A stretch of DNA of 64,000 nt from contig OZ223236.1 of NCBI GenBank assembly GCA_965140445.1, positions 4,928,001 through 4,992,000 on the forward strand, read 5' to 3'. This document shows, one piece after another, positions 47,025 to 58,600 of the stretch. The notes under the pieces are model-generated. The model had not been told where the DNA came from and did not search any database. It saw only the letters and a program-made list of their open reading frames with translations. Origin of the DNA: Candidatus Ozemobacteraceae bacterium. Lineage in GTDB: Bacteria; Muiribacteriota; Ozemobacteria; Ozemobacterales; Ozemobacteraceae. Position 1 is the first letter of the stretch; every line of letters begins with the position of its first letter. Made by a program: the position numbers and the translations under genes.

Positions 47025-47609
47025 TTAATCTTCCGATCTGACACTTGGAATTCTGTCATAAATCCTGTTTATATCATATCTTGTAAGAACTTCTGAAAGA
47101 ATAAAGGATTTAACCATCTGATCTGGCGTTATTTGGAAAAGTTGCTCAACCCCAGCCTTCTTCTGCCCTTTTTGATGAACAGATGCCAGTAAATCAGTTT
47201 CATTTCCATGATAAACACCTTCTTCAGTTAAAGCAGGTAACTTATCGTAATTAACATCTTTTCGAGCAGGCACCTTATCATAATTAACGTGCTTTGACTT
47301 CTGATGTTCGCCGTCAAATTTTTTCTTGGACTGTTTTTGTTTAGCTTGATTTCGGCCCTGCGAATTTCTGCTGGCACTTCTACTGATAGTAGAAGGAATT
47401 GGCGGAGGTGACGGAGGGGCCGAATATGAGGAACCAGAAAAACTTGAACCAGAGATTTGACCATTTTTAACTTTTGAAGGCTTCTTCAAAAAATCGTCAA
47501 TGGAAGAGAGATCAGACAAATCAAGATCAAGATTGGCCTCATCTTTCTTTTTGTTCATCTCAGACCAAACTGAAAAAACAATAGCAATAATAATTATTAC
47601 AATTTCCAA
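47025..47609 (-). CDS. Membrane-anchored, largely disordered protein downstream of floA (YqfB-like position)
   Basis: TTG start behind GGAGGT; N-terminal TM; Ser/Pro-rich linker; C-terminal FILSEVL. Confidence 0.7.
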   Translation of the reverse strand: MEIVIIIIAIVFSVWSEMNKKKDEANLDLDLSDLSSIDDFLKKPSKVKNGQISGSSFSGSSYSAPPSPPPIPSTISRSASRNSQGRNQAKQKQSKKKFDGEHQKSKHVNYDKVPARKDVNYDKLPALTEEGVYHGNETDLLASVHQKGQKKAGVEQLFQITPDQMVKSFILSEVLTRYDINRIYDRIPSVRSED

Positions 47610-47627
47610 AAAGGTTACCTCCCTTAC

Positions 47628-48608
47628 TTAGTTTTTAGTCTTGGGAGCATCCACCATAGTTGAAAAAGATTTTCTCATGTCTGTATCGGAATTAATATTC
47701 TTAAGAGTGTAATAATCCAAAATACCCATATTTCCGTCTTTAAGAGCATCTGCAATTGCCTGTGGAACAAAAGCTTCAGCTTCAACAAGTTTAGCTCTCA
47801 TTTCCTGTTCAAGAGCCTTCATTTCTTGTTCTTTAGCTTCAGCCATAGCACGTCTTTCAGCAGCTTTAGCCTGAGCAATTTTCATATCTGCTTCAGATTG
47901 ATCAATTTGAAGTTTTGCACCAATGTTTTCGCCAACGTCAACGTCAGCAATGTCAATTGATAGAATTTCAAAAGCAGTATTTGCATCAAGTCCTTTGCCC
48001 TGTATAGTTTTAGAAATGAGATCAGGATTTTCAAGAATTTCTTCATGGCTTTCAGCGGAACCAATAGTAGTAACAATACCTTCGCCTACGCGAGCAAGAA
48101 TAGTTTCTTCAGTCGCACCACCAACCAGCTTGTTGATATCAGCTTTAACTGTAACTCTTGCAATAGCCTTAACCTGAATACCATTCTTTGCCATAGCTGC
48201 TACAAGTGGAGTCTGAATAACCTTAGGTTTAACACATAATCTTACGGCATCAAGAACATCTCGACCGGCAAGATCTATCGCTGTAGCCTGTTTAAATGTC
48301 AAATTAATTCCAGCTCTCTGAGCTGCAACAAGAGCAGAAACGACCTGAGCTACTTTACCGCCCGCAAGAAAGTGTGATTCAAGATCTTGAAGAGCTATGT
48401 TAATACCGCCCTTTTTTGCCATAATTGCTGGATTAATAATAGAGTGAGGTGGAACTCCTCTAAATCTCATCCCTATCAGGTCTAAAAGACCAACAGAGAC
48501 TCCTGAAGCTAGAGCACTTATCCAAAGCCCCACTGGTACAAAATAAGACAGAACTAAAAACGCAAAAATTCCGCCTATACCACCAAGTATAATAATGCCT
48601 TCTGACAT
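47628..48608 (-). CDS. floA: Flotillin-like protein FloA (YqfA)
   Basis: [59 protein letters not shown]. Confidence 0.95.
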   Translation of the reverse strand: MSEGIIILGGIGGIFAFLVLSYFVPVGLWISALASGVSVGLLDLIGMRFRGVPPHSIINPAIMAKKGGINIALQDLESHFLAGGKVAQVVSALVAAQRAGINLTFKQATAIDLAGRDVLDAVRLCVKPKVIQTPLVAAMAKNGIQVKAIARVTVKADINKLVGGATEETILARVGEGIVTTIGSAESHEEILENPDLISKTIQGKGLDANTAFEILSIDIADVDVGENIGAKLQIDQSEADMKIAQAKAAERRAMAEAKEQEMKALEQEMRAKLVEAEAFVPQAIADALKDGNMGILDYYTLKNINSDTDMRKSFSTMVDAPKTKN

Positions 48609-48773
48609 AGTTGATCCTCCTGCTGGGAAATTAAAAACACTAATAGTGAAATCTAACTGACAATATCCTTTAAAAACGGGTACAAAGTCAAGTTAATTGA
48701 AATAGAGATTCGCTGAATTAACTTCAGATAATGCATGTTGGGATCTAAAAAATTCCACAAACTAATGGAAGAA

Positions 48774-49424
48774 CTAAACTTCCTCTTCTAGTTTGGCTAC
48801 AATTAGCCTTCCGTTTTTTTCTTTCACAACCTTAATTTTGGTCCCATTTTCAATGTATTCACAGTCCGACATCACATCAATTCTTTCATCATCAATCTTT
48901 GCAACACCAGAGGGTCTAAGCATTGAAACCGTAACACCTTCTTTACCAACAAAAGCAGATAAATCACGAGTCGCAATACAGCCATTGTCTGCTGAAGATT
49001 GAGCTTCAAGGACAAATTTCTTTCCAAAACTTGTGTGCGGGAAAACATAAAAAAACCATAATACGAGAAGAAATAATCCAACCATTGCGCCAAAAGTTGC
49101 TGCAATAGCCATATTCATGCTTAATTTCAAAAAGGCAAAAACAATCCCACCGCCAAGCATTAATAAACCAATTACACCAGCAGCACCGAAACCAGGGATT
49201 ATTGCAACTTCTAGAAACATAAAAATTAAGCCGCCCATTAATAAACCGGCGACAGTAATTCCCCAGGACGGTTCCTCACCACTAGCCTCAGTTTTTACTT
49301 CCTTAGAGCTTTCACTAACGGAAGTTTTCTCTGGAAGTATTGAATCCTCAGCTGCACAAACTAGTTGAAAAGGAATTAAAACAAGCAACATCACAAAAAT
49401 ACAAAAATTAATTCCTCTAAGCAT
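48774..49424 (-). CDS. Short NfeD family protein
   Basis: LEVAIIPGFGAAG TM motif; OB-fold VGKEGVTVSMLRPSG. Confidence 0.88.
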   Translation of the reverse strand: MLRGINFCIFVMLLVLIPFQLVCAAEDSILPEKTSVSESSKEVKTEASGEEPSWGITVAGLLMGGLIFMFLEVAIIPGFGAAGVIGLLMLGGGIVFAFLKLSMNMAIAATFGAMVGLFLLVLWFFYVFPHTSFGKKFVLEAQSSADNGCIATRDLSAFVGKEGVTVSMLRPSGVAKIDDERIDVMSDCEYIENGTKIKVVKEKNGRLIVAKLEEEV

Positions 49425-49437
49425 ATCTCTTTAGTCC

Positions 49438-50799
49438 TTATTCTGATAATTGTCTAACTGTTATTTTAGTTCCTTCTACTTTTCTTACCGTTACTCTAGC
49501 GCCTTTTTCAATAAATTCCCCATCTGAAATAACATCGTACCGCTCATCTCCAATTTTAGCCTTTCCAGAAGGCCTGCATGGAGATACAGCAACGCCTTCG
49601 AGGCCATTCAAATGTTCATAGCCAGTAGAGTCAACGGCGACAAAACCATTTTCAGTGGTCATATTATTATTTAAAACAAATTTATCAAATAGTTTAAGCT
49701 TTGGTCCCCACCAATACAGGGCGGTTAAAAACCCTACAGAAAGCGTTATAATTTTCGCAACAGCATGAACGGCAGAATATATTCCGCCAAAGGTCATGAT
49801 AATACTGAAGCTGACACAAAGAATGCCTGAAATACCTGTAATTCCAAAACCTGGGACAACAAAAATTTCAAGAATAAGCAAAACAACGCCAATAGTGAAA
49901 AGAATCAGTGCTTCCAGTCCGGCCAAATATGCAAAAAGGTGCCCACCAAAAAACAGTGCCAGACAAGTTAAACCAAGCCAACCGAAAAAGCCAAAACCCG
50001 CAATAAAAAACTCGATAATCAAACACCAAAAGCCAATAGTAAAAAGTATGACACTGATATTGGGATTTGTTAAATATCTGGCGAGCCACTCTGCTGAAGT
50101 TGGTTTAACCCTTTCAACCGATGCTTTTTCGAAATTTAATCTTTTTAGTGCAGTGGTTACATCTGTAACTACGTAATCACAATAACCGTGCTCCAAGGCC
50201 ATTTCTGTAGTAAGGGTTAAAATTTCACCCTTTTTAGAAACTCCTGGAATTGTATCATGATCTTTATCTACCATTGCCGCAGCGAGTGCTTTAGGGCGTT
50301 TTCTCGCTTCAGCCGCAGATTCAAATTCTCCTCTAAATGCTGATACAAACTTAGCTTCTGCCGCTTTAACAGCAGAACCCATCATTATAAAAGGCGTTGC
50401 AGCACCCATTTCTGATCCTGGCTCCATAAAGATTCTGTGACAGGATATTGCAATCAAAGCTGCCGCCGACAGAGCTCTTCCCTTAATGTAGGCCACGGTT
50501 GTAACTTTTGATCTCAAAAGAGCGTCTTTTATCTCCTGAGCTGCCGTAACCAGGCCACCGTTAGAGTTTATCTCCAGGACAACAATGGAAACCTTTTCCA
50601 TTTCAGCCTTTCTAAGCATTCGTTGGATAAAAAACGATAAACCGGAATCAATTTCCCGATCGACACTTAGAACAAGAACAGATTCTCCTTCACCAGATTT
50701 TTCCTGAGCAAATACTGGCGAAAATAGACACAAAATAAACGCAACAAGGCCCACAAGACAAAAAAGTCTTGCGGGCTTTGTTTTAAACATTTTAACCAT
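49438..50799 (-). CDS. Long NfeD (YqeZ-like; ClpP-like domain + TM + OB fold)
   Basis: INSNGG, ALSAAALIA, MGAATP, EIFVVPGFGITG, CRPSGKA. Confidence 0.9.
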   Translation of the reverse strand: MVKMFKTKPARLFCLVGLVAFILCLFSPVFAQEKSGEGESVLVLSVDREIDSGLSFFIQRMLRKAEMEKVSIVVLEINSNGGLVTAAQEIKDALLRSKVTTVAYIKGRALSAAALIAISCHRIFMEPGSEMGAATPFIMMGSAVKAAEAKFVSAFRGEFESAAEARKRPKALAAAMVDKDHDTIPGVSKKGEILTLTTEMALEHGYCDYVVTDVTTALKRLNFEKASVERVKPTSAEWLARYLTNPNISVILFTIGFWCLIIEFFIAGFGFFGWLGLTCLALFFGGHLFAYLAGLEALILFTIGVVLLILEIFVVPGFGITGISGILCVSFSIIMTFGGIYSAVHAVAKIITLSVGFLTALYWWGPKLKLFDKFVLNNNMTTENGFVAVDSTGYEHLNGLEGVAVSPCRPSGKAKIGDERYDVISDGEFIEKGARVTVRKVEGTKITVRQLSE

Positions 50800-50801
50800 G
50801 T

Positions 50802-50984
50802 TTAGCGACGCCTTCTTTGTTTTCGGCGGGCTTCAGCAGCTTTTCTTTTCTGCTTTTCACTTGGTTTTTCATAAGCTCTACGACGTTTGATTTCCTTAAT
50901 AATACCAGCTTCCTGACATTTTTTCTGGAAACGTTTCAATGCTTTTTCCAATGGTTCGTCTTTAAGTACCTTTACTTCTGCCAT
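50802..50984 (-). CDS. rpsU: 30S ribosomal protein S21
   Basis: EPLEKALKRFQKKC..GIIKEIKRRRAYEKPSE; SD GGAGG. Confidence 0.95.
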   Translation of the reverse strand: MAEVKVLKDEPLEKALKRFQKKCQEAGIIKEIKRRRAYEKPSEKQKRKAAEARRKQRRRR

Positions 50985-51033
50985 ATGTTTCACCCCCTCC
51001 CGAGATTGGATGATTGAAGTATCAATTCTTTCG

Positions 51034-51375
51034 TCATCCAGGAGGCCAATTTAACTGCCTTTTTCCAAGCAAATGAAAATGAATATGATACACGGTCTGG
51101 CCACCAAATTCTCCGCAATTGGTCACCACCCGAAAACCCTCTTCAAGATTATTATCCTTAGCGAGCTTTTGAATAGCTTTAAAAATGCCGGAAAGCATTT
51201 CACCATTTGCAGCCTCTGGATCAGAGACCTTTTCAACGTGCTTCGTAGGAATGACCAGAACATGAAACGGCGCCTGAGGATTTAAATCCTTAAACGCTAC
51301 AACTTGCTCATCTCTGTAGATGATGTCAGCTGGGATCTCTCCCTTAACAATTTTACAGAAAATACATTCTACCAT
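51034..51375 (-). CDS. hit: Histidine triad nucleotide-binding protein (HinT)
   Basis: CIFCKI, FKDLNPQAPFH, GQTVYHIHFHLLG, WPPG. Confidence 0.95.
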   Translation of the reverse strand: MVECIFCKIVKGEIPADIIYRDEQVVAFKDLNPQAPFHVLVIPTKHVEKVSDPEAANGEMLSGIFKAIQKLAKDNNLEEGFRVVTNCGEFGGQTVYHIHFHLLGKRQLNWPPG

Positions 51376-51384
51376 AGCAGGCGG

Positions 51385-51414
51385 ATTATACCGTTTATAG
51401 GTTGTCTTTGTCAA
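51385..51414 (-). promoter_or_regulatory. Consensus sigma70 promoter of the hit-rpsU-nfeD operon
   Basis: TTGACA-18 bp-TATAAT. Confidence 0.8.
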
Positions 51415-51429
51415 TCTTTTTCTGTACAC

Positions 51430-51462
51430 AAAAAAAGAGCCAAAAAAATTGGCTCTTTTTTT
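51430..51462 (-). terminator. aphA terminator
   Basis: AAAAAAAGAGCCAA-N5-TTGGCTCTTTTTTT. Confidence 0.75.
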
Positions 51463-51475
51463 TTTAAAGCTTACT

Positions 51476-52126
51476 CTAATTTTCAGAGTTTTCCAGGACG
51501 GACTCACCATGTTTACCAGGGTGATATTTGCCTTTGTTGTTTGAAAGTGGTGATCTCATAAATCTAATTGCACGAACGCCTGCATGGTGAGCTTCACTAA
51601 TGTCAGAATCAGAATCACCGTAGAACAGACGAATATTTTTATTTCTGATGTAAACAGCTTTACTGGTTCTACCAGAGAAAATAACAGGATATTTGTTATC
51701 AAGTTTAAATTCACGGTGAACTATTTTTGTCAAAATTTCATCTTTGGTCCAGGGGCGTGCTGTTATAAAGTAAATTTTATCCCCTCTAGCCTTGTGCATT
51801 TCAATTACATCTCTGGCAGATTGTTTTGGGATGCTGAAATTATCAAAATGACCGTTCATGTCACGCCAAAATTCCATTGAACCTAATACTCTTTTACCGT
51901 AACGATTTGTTCCATTCTCTCCGTCTTTATTTTCAAACCCATAATAAAAACCAGGAGCAGAAAACAGAACAGTGTCATCCACGTCAAAACCAACAGCAAC
52001 AGGTCTCGGGGGAAGGCTATTTTTAATCTGCTCAATACTGATTGAGTTAAAAGCCTGTTGAGCATAACCACCAATAGTAAGAGCTAAACAAAAAAGCGTA
52101 ATAATAAGGATTCTATTTTTTTTCAT
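51476..52126 (-). CDS. aphA: Class B acid phosphatase (HAD superfamily)
   Basis: Signal peptide; VGFDVDDTVLFSAPGF, YFITAR, FYGDSDSDI. Confidence 0.9.
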   Translation of the reverse strand: MKKNRILIITLFCLALTIGGYAQQAFNSISIEQIKNSLPPRPVAVGFDVDDTVLFSAPGFYYGFENKDGENGTNRYGKRVLGSMEFWRDMNGHFDNFSIPKQSARDVIEMHKARGDKIYFITARPWTKDEILTKIVHREFKLDNKYPVIFSGRTSKAVYIRNKNIRLFYGDSDSDISEAHHAGVRAIRFMRSPLSNNKGKYHPGKHGESVLENSEN

Positions 52127-52177
52127 TTCTTTCACCTCCGCAGGTTTCAGATTAATATTTTTTATCAAAAAAGGCAA

Positions 52178-53404
52178 TTATATCGGGAATTTGCTATTAA
52201 TTTGTGCCAATGCATCATTTTCAATTTTAAAAACCGGAATTTTAAACTCCTCATAAAAAATCAAATCAGATCTTCGAGATTTAGCAATTAATTTCCATGA
52301 TTTAGGGAAATCTCCATCCAGGTCTGTGCAATCTAGCTTATCTGACAATTTAAGCTCAAACTTAAGCCCCATTTGCCTTCCAAGATGTATAACTGACGGC
52401 TCAATTTCAAATGCAACCCCATCAATTGCGCCTTCTACAGTTTCATATCTTAAGCTAACTCTCCCTTTTGATCCATATGCAACCTTGTCTTCGAACACAA
52501 GGCCAAGCTCTATTCCTTCCAACTTTTCATTTTCAAAACCCTCCTGAAAATGAAGTATTCCTCTGCAAGAATCACCAGGGACAACCGGCAACTGTTCTAA
52601 CTCCAGCTTCGTCCCTGTTCCGGACAATAAAGCAAGATGCCTTTTCCAAAGCAAATAGAAGCTCCCAATTACTGCAAAAAGAAGAAATCCCAGCGAAACA
52701 TAAACCGGGGCAGTTGCGTTCCCACCAAGAAAAATAAAAATGCTCCCACCAAGGAATGCCGTCACAAGAATAAAACTAAGGGTTCCCAAAGGGATAAGTC
52801 TATTAAAATGAGGCTCATCTGATATCTTAAAATCTCTCCAGTATTTTTCCCAACGCCATGGCTGAGATGGATACTGCTTTTTCAACTCCTGTCTTTTATC
52901 CTCATTGGAATTATAATTCCAGAAAACTACAAACAAGACCAGCGTAAGCATAAAAAAGATACCTGAAATAAGAAGATCATAAAAAGATCCCATTGGAGAA
53001 TCAATTATCAAATAAGCTTTGCCAGGTTCTTCTGGATTAACAAGCGCAACAACCTCTTCTTTACTTGTCACAAAGCCTTTTAAATAGGCTACAGCACTTG
53101 CTACCAACTTTGTATCCATTGAAAAAGACGGATCGGGAGCCACATCGTTGCATGAATATTCACTTTCCTTAAATCTATAAGAATAGGAAGCAATAGCGTA
53201 AGCCCCGATAATTTCTTGCTGATGATATAAGGGAAGGGAACCAGCATAGGTAACTTTAGCTGAAACATTATTCCAATTTTTAACTGCAAGATTTTTTGAG
53301 AGGCTTCTCAGACCGGTATTTCCGGTCCATGCAGCACAACACAAAAAGAAAACCGCTCCAAAGAGGTAAATATAACCTCTTCTCCAAAATTCAGCTTCAG
53401 TCAT
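52178..53404 (-). CDS. DUF3592-like membrane protein
   Basis: TM, W..V.A.V, YSYRF, VNPEEPGKAYL, YPSQPWRW, further TM pair. Confidence 0.7.
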   Translation of the reverse strand: MTEAEFWRRGYIYLFGAVFFLCCAAWTGNTGLRSLSKNLAVKNWNNVSAKVTYAGSLPLYHQQEIIGAYAIASYSYRFKESEYSCNDVAPDPSFSMDTKLVASAVAYLKGFVTSKEEVVALVNPEEPGKAYLIIDSPMGSFYDLLISGIFFMLTLVLFVVFWNYNSNEDKRQELKKQYPSQPWRWEKYWRDFKISDEPHFNRLIPLGTLSFILVTAFLGGSIFIFLGGNATAPVYVSLGFLLFAVIGSFYLLWKRHLALLSGTGTKLELEQLPVVPGDSCRGILHFQEGFENEKLEGIELGLVFEDKVAYGSKGRVSLRYETVEGAIDGVAFEIEPSVIHLGRQMGLKFELKLSDKLDCTDLDGDFPKSWKLIAKSRRSDLIFYEEFKIPVFKIENDALAQINSKFPI

Positions 53405-53488
53405 TTGAATTCCTCTCCAGCCAAAAAGTTATCGCAAGCTTAAGCGAAAACTATTGCTAATGTTAGAGTTTTTTGAAATAATAGCTCA

Positions 53489-53902
53489 ATGAATCATAGA
53501 ATCGCAATATTTCAAATCGTCCTAATGGTTTTGGTAGCATTTTTTGCGCCTTTTGCTGCAGAAAAAGAATGCTCCCCTAATCATCTTTTTCACGACGATT
53601 TCCACGGTGACCACACCCATAACCACACGCTACATACCCTCATATCAAGCTGTTGCAATGATCTGGATAAAAATCCATCTGAAGTTCATCATTGCCAGAG
53701 TTTTCAGTTGGAAGAAAATGTCGCCATAGCTTGTCAAAACCGATATAGAGACAACCATCTTTTAAGTTCCAACAAAGTTTCAGCAACAATTGAGTTTTCT
53801 CAAACTTTTCAACATGAGTTATTAAAATCAACCCCAAACTCTTATTTAACCGTTCCTTTTACTCAGATAGAGGAAAAAAACACTATAGTTCTGCTGATTT
53901 GA
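53489..53902 (+). CDS. Small exported His/Cys-rich protein preceding the czcBA-like genes (CzcI-like position)
   Basis: Signal-like N-terminus; HLFHDDFHGDHTHNHTLH, CC, HHC. Confidence 0.6.
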   Translation: MNHRIAIFQIVLMVLVAFFAPFAAEKECSPNHLFHDDFHGDHTHNHTLHTLISSCCNDLDKNPSEVHHCQSFQLEENVAIACQNRYRDNHLLSSNKVSATIEFSQTFQHELLKSTPNSYLTVPFTQIEEKNTIVLLI

Positions 53903-53951
53903 TACGTATCCGGTTTTTTTCACCGCATAAAAATCAAATCAGGAGACAAAA

Positions 53952-55658
53952 ATGAAAACGACAAATCCATCTATTCCTGCCGTTTTGGCATTAATAGTTT
54001 TTATTTCAATTATTTATATTAACAACATTTCAGCCCAGGACCACAAACACACTGAAAGTTGCTCACACGATCAATTAAAGGTGGAAAATGATCATCAAGA
54101 CCATACAGGTCACAGCCACGGCCATGAAGCTGATTCAGATGAGCATAATCACGAAGCTGAAGTAGATGAGCATGCAGGGCACAACCATGTTTCTGCTACA
54201 AGCGAAAGCGGCCACGAAGGACATAATCATGGCTCTGAAGCTGGGGTCAATCTTTCAGCAGCTCAAAAAGAAAACGCAAAGATAAGCCTATCGACAGCAA
54301 AAGGTGGAGAACTATACAGAGAGCTAAAAGTACCAGCTGAAGTGACTTTGAACACTGACAATATGGCACAGGTTTCACCGCGAACATTTGGAATAGTTAA
54401 ACAGGTGTTAGTGACTGAAGGAACAAAAGTAAAAAAAGGTGATCTCCTGGCTATAATTGATTGCCCCGAAATTGGGACTGCCAAGCTGGAATTTCTCTCA
54501 GCCTTAGCCGAAGTTAGCAATTCCTGCCTGAACTTCGAAAGAGCAAAAACAATAAAAACCAATACTGAAAAACTTTTAAAACTCCTAAAAACAAATCCAG
54601 ACCTGGACCAGCTGCGAAAAACATCTTTTGGAGATTTGGGAGAAAATAGAAGTCGTCTGATAGGTGATTACGCAGCATTCATTCAAGCTCAATCTGACTT
54701 TTTAAGGCTGAAACAGCTAATTTCCAAAAGATTATCAAGCCAACAAGATTTCCAGAAAGCACAAACAGATTACAAAAGAGCCGCAGCTCTGTATGAAGAT
54801 GCTTGCGACGTTACAGCATTTAAGGTGAAACAAGATTACCAGGAAAACGTCAACAAGCTAAAAGTTACAGAATTTCATAAAAATAATGCTGCGAGAAATT
54901 TGCAAATCCTGGGTGTTGAATTGGAAAGAATTTCTGAATTAGAAAAAGTTTTTAGCGATACAGGCTATTCTTCTAAACCGGAAGAATATTTCTGCGAGTC
55001 CTGTGCCGGGCTTGAATGTCCTCCTAATAAAAAGAAAAATCCCCTGTTCCATTCTGACCATTCACTTGCAGCAAACCTGATAGTAGCACCCGTCGCCGGA
55101 ACCATTATTAGCAGAAGCTGTGTAAAAGGTGAGCGCCTGGAAGAAGGCAAAGTAATCTTCCAAATAGCTGATTTAAGAACGGTTTGGGTCGATTTAAAAA
55201 TCCCAATGACAAACTTAAATAGCGTGAAACAGGGGGATAAAGTATTGATTACCTCCAAAGATCTCAAACTTGAAACTTACGGAGAAATCTCTTTTATTTT
55301 TCCGGTAATTGATGAACGAACCAGAGCAGCCAAGGCCCGAATCACCTTGCAAAACACAGGACAGCTGTGGAAACCCGGAACTTTTGTCAGTGCATTTCTT
55401 TCTATTGATAAAACAAATGCAGAGGTTGTTGTTCCACTTTCTTCAATTCAAAAAATTGGCAACGAAATGGTTGTCTTTACCCCAGCAGGAAAAGGCTTTG
55501 CGACTAAAGTTGTAAAAATTGGGATGAAAGACAGCAAAAGTGCGCAAATTCTCTCTGGTCTAAAAAAAGGAGAACAGTTTGTTTCGGAAGGTGCTTTTAA
55601 GCTTAAGGCAACGATGATAACTTCCGGCCTTGATCCTCACGCCGGCCACGGTCATTAA
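53952..55658 (+). CDS. CzcB/CusB-like heavy-metal RND periplasmic adaptor
   Basis: His-rich N-terminus, VAPVAGTII, IADLRTVWV, WKPGTFV, C-terminal HAGHGH. Confidence 0.9.
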   Translation: MKTTNPSIPAVLALIVFISIIYINNISAQDHKHTESCSHDQLKVENDHQDHTGHSHGHEADSDEHNHEAEVDEHAGHNHVSATSESGHEGHNHGSEAGVNLSAAQKENAKISLSTAKGGELYRELKVPAEVTLNTDNMAQVSPRTFGIVKQVLVTEGTKVKKGDLLAIIDCPEIGTAKLEFLSALAEVSNSCLNFERAKTIKTNTEKLLKLLKTNPDLDQLRKTSFGDLGENRSRLIGDYAAFIQAQSDFLRLKQLISKRLSSQQDFQKAQTDYKRAAALYEDACDVTAFKVKQDYQENVNKLKVTEFHKNNAARNLQILGVELERISELEKVFSDTGYSSKPEEYFCESCAGLECPPNKKKNPLFHSDHSLAANLIVAPVAGTIISRSCVKGERLEEGKVIFQIADLRTVWVDLKIPMTNLNSVKQGDKVLITSKDLKLETYGEISFIFPVIDERTRAAKARITLQNTGQLWKPGTFVSAFLSIDKTNAEVVVPLSSIQKIGNEMVVFTPAGKGFATKVVKIGMKDSKSAQILSGLKKGEQFVSEGAFKLKATMITSGLDPHAGHGH

Positions 55659-55673
55659 TAAAAGGAATAAACA

Positions 55674-58600
55674 ATGATTAATAGAATTATAAAGCTTTCC
55701 GTAAGATGGAAAGAAATTTCACTGTTTCTTCTTTTCGCTCTACTTTGCTGGGGAATCAACAGTTATCAGAATATGCCAATTGACGCTTTTCCAGATATTT
55801 CTCCTGTAATGGTGCCAATTTTTGCCGAAGCAGACGGCATGGCTCCTGAAGAAGTAGAACGACTTATAACCTACCCGATCGAAACAAAAATGAACGGGCT
55901 ACCCGGAGTTGAAAGAGTCAAATCTACATCAGCTTTTGGTATGGCGGTTATCTATGTTTACTTTTCAGAGAATACGGATATTTACTTTGCTCGACAGTTA
56001 GTCAATGAACGCTTAAACAGTAGTCTTGCAGATCTTCCAGAAATGAAAGATCCACCTAAACTTGGGCCAATATCCACTGGACTGGGACAGATTTTTATTT
56101 ATTACCTAACCGCTGATGACAGCATCGATACCGGAGGAAAAGATAAGCTGACCTACCTTCGTGATTTAAATGACTGGGTAATCAAGTTTCAACTTCAAAC
56201 AATACCAGGGGTAACAGATATTCTTTCTGTGGGTGGGCACATTTTACAATACCAAATAAATGTAGACCCTTACGCCCTGCAAAAATACAAGCTGAGTCTT
56301 GAAAATATAGAAGAAGCTGTTCACAAAAATAATAGCAACACGGGCGGACAATATCTTACGATTGGTTCTGAAGAGCATTTAATCAGAGGAATCGGCTTAC
56401 TGAATAATTTAGAGGAAATCCGACAAATCCCTCTAAAAATGGAAAACGGAATACCAATAAAAATTGAAGACGTTGCACAGGTCCAGTTTGGAAAAGGAAT
56501 CCGAAGAGGAGTTGTTTCTCGCAACGGAGAAGAAGAAGTTGTATCAGGACTTGTTTTAAAACTCTTTGGAGAAAATACTTCAGCAGTAATTCAAAGACTT
56601 TACAAAAAAATCCCGGAAATCCAAAAAGGTCTGCCAAAAGGCGTAAAAATCGTTCCATATTACGAACAGGCCCACCTTGTAAACCAGGCCACCTGGACAG
56701 TTAAAAAATCCCTTCTTCAGGGGGCAGTTTTAGTCGTTATCGTTTTGATGGTTCTGCTGGGTAGCCTTAGAGCGTCTTTAATCGTAGCGATGGCACTTCC
56801 ATTTTGCGCCTGCACAGCATTCATAGGAATGAGAATTTTTGGAATTTCCGCCAACCTGATGTCTCTTGGGGGAATTGCCATTGGGCTTGGAATGCTTGTA
56901 GACGGCTCAATTGTTGTTGTTGAAAACGTTGTTAGGCACCTGACCAAGAAAGATCCACAAAAACGTTCGACGGAAAAAATAGTAGTTGAATCAGCTAAAG
57001 AAGTTGGAAAACCAATTACTTTTGCTATTTTGATTGTTGTGGCTGTTTTCCTACCTATTCTTTCTTTGGAAGGCACAGAAGGAAAGATGTTCTCTCCAAT
57101 GGCCTACACCATCTGCTTCGCTCTTCTTGGTTCAATTTTAGCAGCTTTATCTCTTGCTCCAGCTCTTTCTTTTCTATTTCTAAAAAATGAGGTCGAAAAA
57201 GAAACCGCTTTCTTCAAATTTTTAAAACCATATTATCTGAAATCATTAAAGGGAACTCTTAAAAAACCAATAATGACAGTTATGGTAGCTGTAATTGCTA
57301 CAGCTTTCAGTTTTATTGCAATATGGAATATGGGAACAGAGTTTATTCCCACTCTTGAAGAAGGCTCAATTATGATAGGAGCTACAATGGCTCCGTCAAT
57401 TAGTCTTGATGAAGCCGTAAAAACTATTCAATCGATAGAGAAAAAGCTCATAAAAATAAAAGATGTCCATGAAGTAATTTCAAGGATTGGTCGTCCTGAA
57501 GCCGGCAGTCATCCACACCCTGTTAACTATGCAGAAATACACATTGAGCTAAAACCACCTTCAGAATGGAGTGAATATTCAAGCAAAGACCAAATTCAAG
57601 AACGAGTTAGAGATGAATTGAAAACAGTAACAGGCTTAACCACGAACTTCACACAACCAATTCAGAACGCTTTTGACGAGTTACTTTCCGGCACTAAAGC
57701 TCAAATTGCCATAAATGTTTACGGGGAAAACCTGAACACACTAAAAACAAAAGCAGAAGAAATACTTCATGCCACGCAGGGTGTAAAAGGTTTCACGGAC
57801 GTAGCTGCCGAACAAAGTTTTGGTCAGCCGCAAATAAAAATAGTTGCCAATAGAGATGCCTGTGCAAGATATGGCATTGAAATTAGTGAAATTCTTGAGT
57901 TGGTAGAAACTGCCATCGGTGGAAGGGTTATAGATCAACTCTACTTAAATACAAGACGCTATGACATTTATCTTCGTTACAAACAAATTGACAGATCAGA
58001 TGTAAATTCCCTGAAACAACTTATTGTTCATTCCGACAATGGTAAAATTGTCAGCTTGGAACAGGTTGCAGATATACAAATGGTAGAAGGTCCCATCCAG
58101 ATTAACCGCCAGAATAGTCAACGAAGATGGGTTGTTCACGGAAATATTAAAGGGCGCGCCTTAAGCGAAGTAGTAGAAGATATACGACAGGCTATTTCCT
58201 TGAAAGTAAAACTTCCCACAGGCTATTTTGTTGAGTTTGGAGGCCAATTCGAAAATCAACAAAGGGCGATGGGCAAATTAAAAATTATTATTCCAGTAGT
58301 AATCGGAGTAATTTTTCTCTTGCTTTGGTTAACCTTTAACTCGCTTAGACATGCGTCAATAGTAATCTTAAATGTTCCAATGGCTCTGATTGGAGGGGTG
58401 ACGGGACTAATTATCACCGGCCAGTATCTTTCTGTTCCAGCTTCAGTTGGATTTATCGCCCTTTTTGGAATTGCAATGCAAGATGCAGTTGTGTTAATTA
58501 CTGACTTTAACGATTACCGAAAAATGGGGTTTGACTTACACTCAGCGATAGTAGACGGAGCAATGATTAGATTCAGAGCAGTTTTAATGACAACTCTCAC

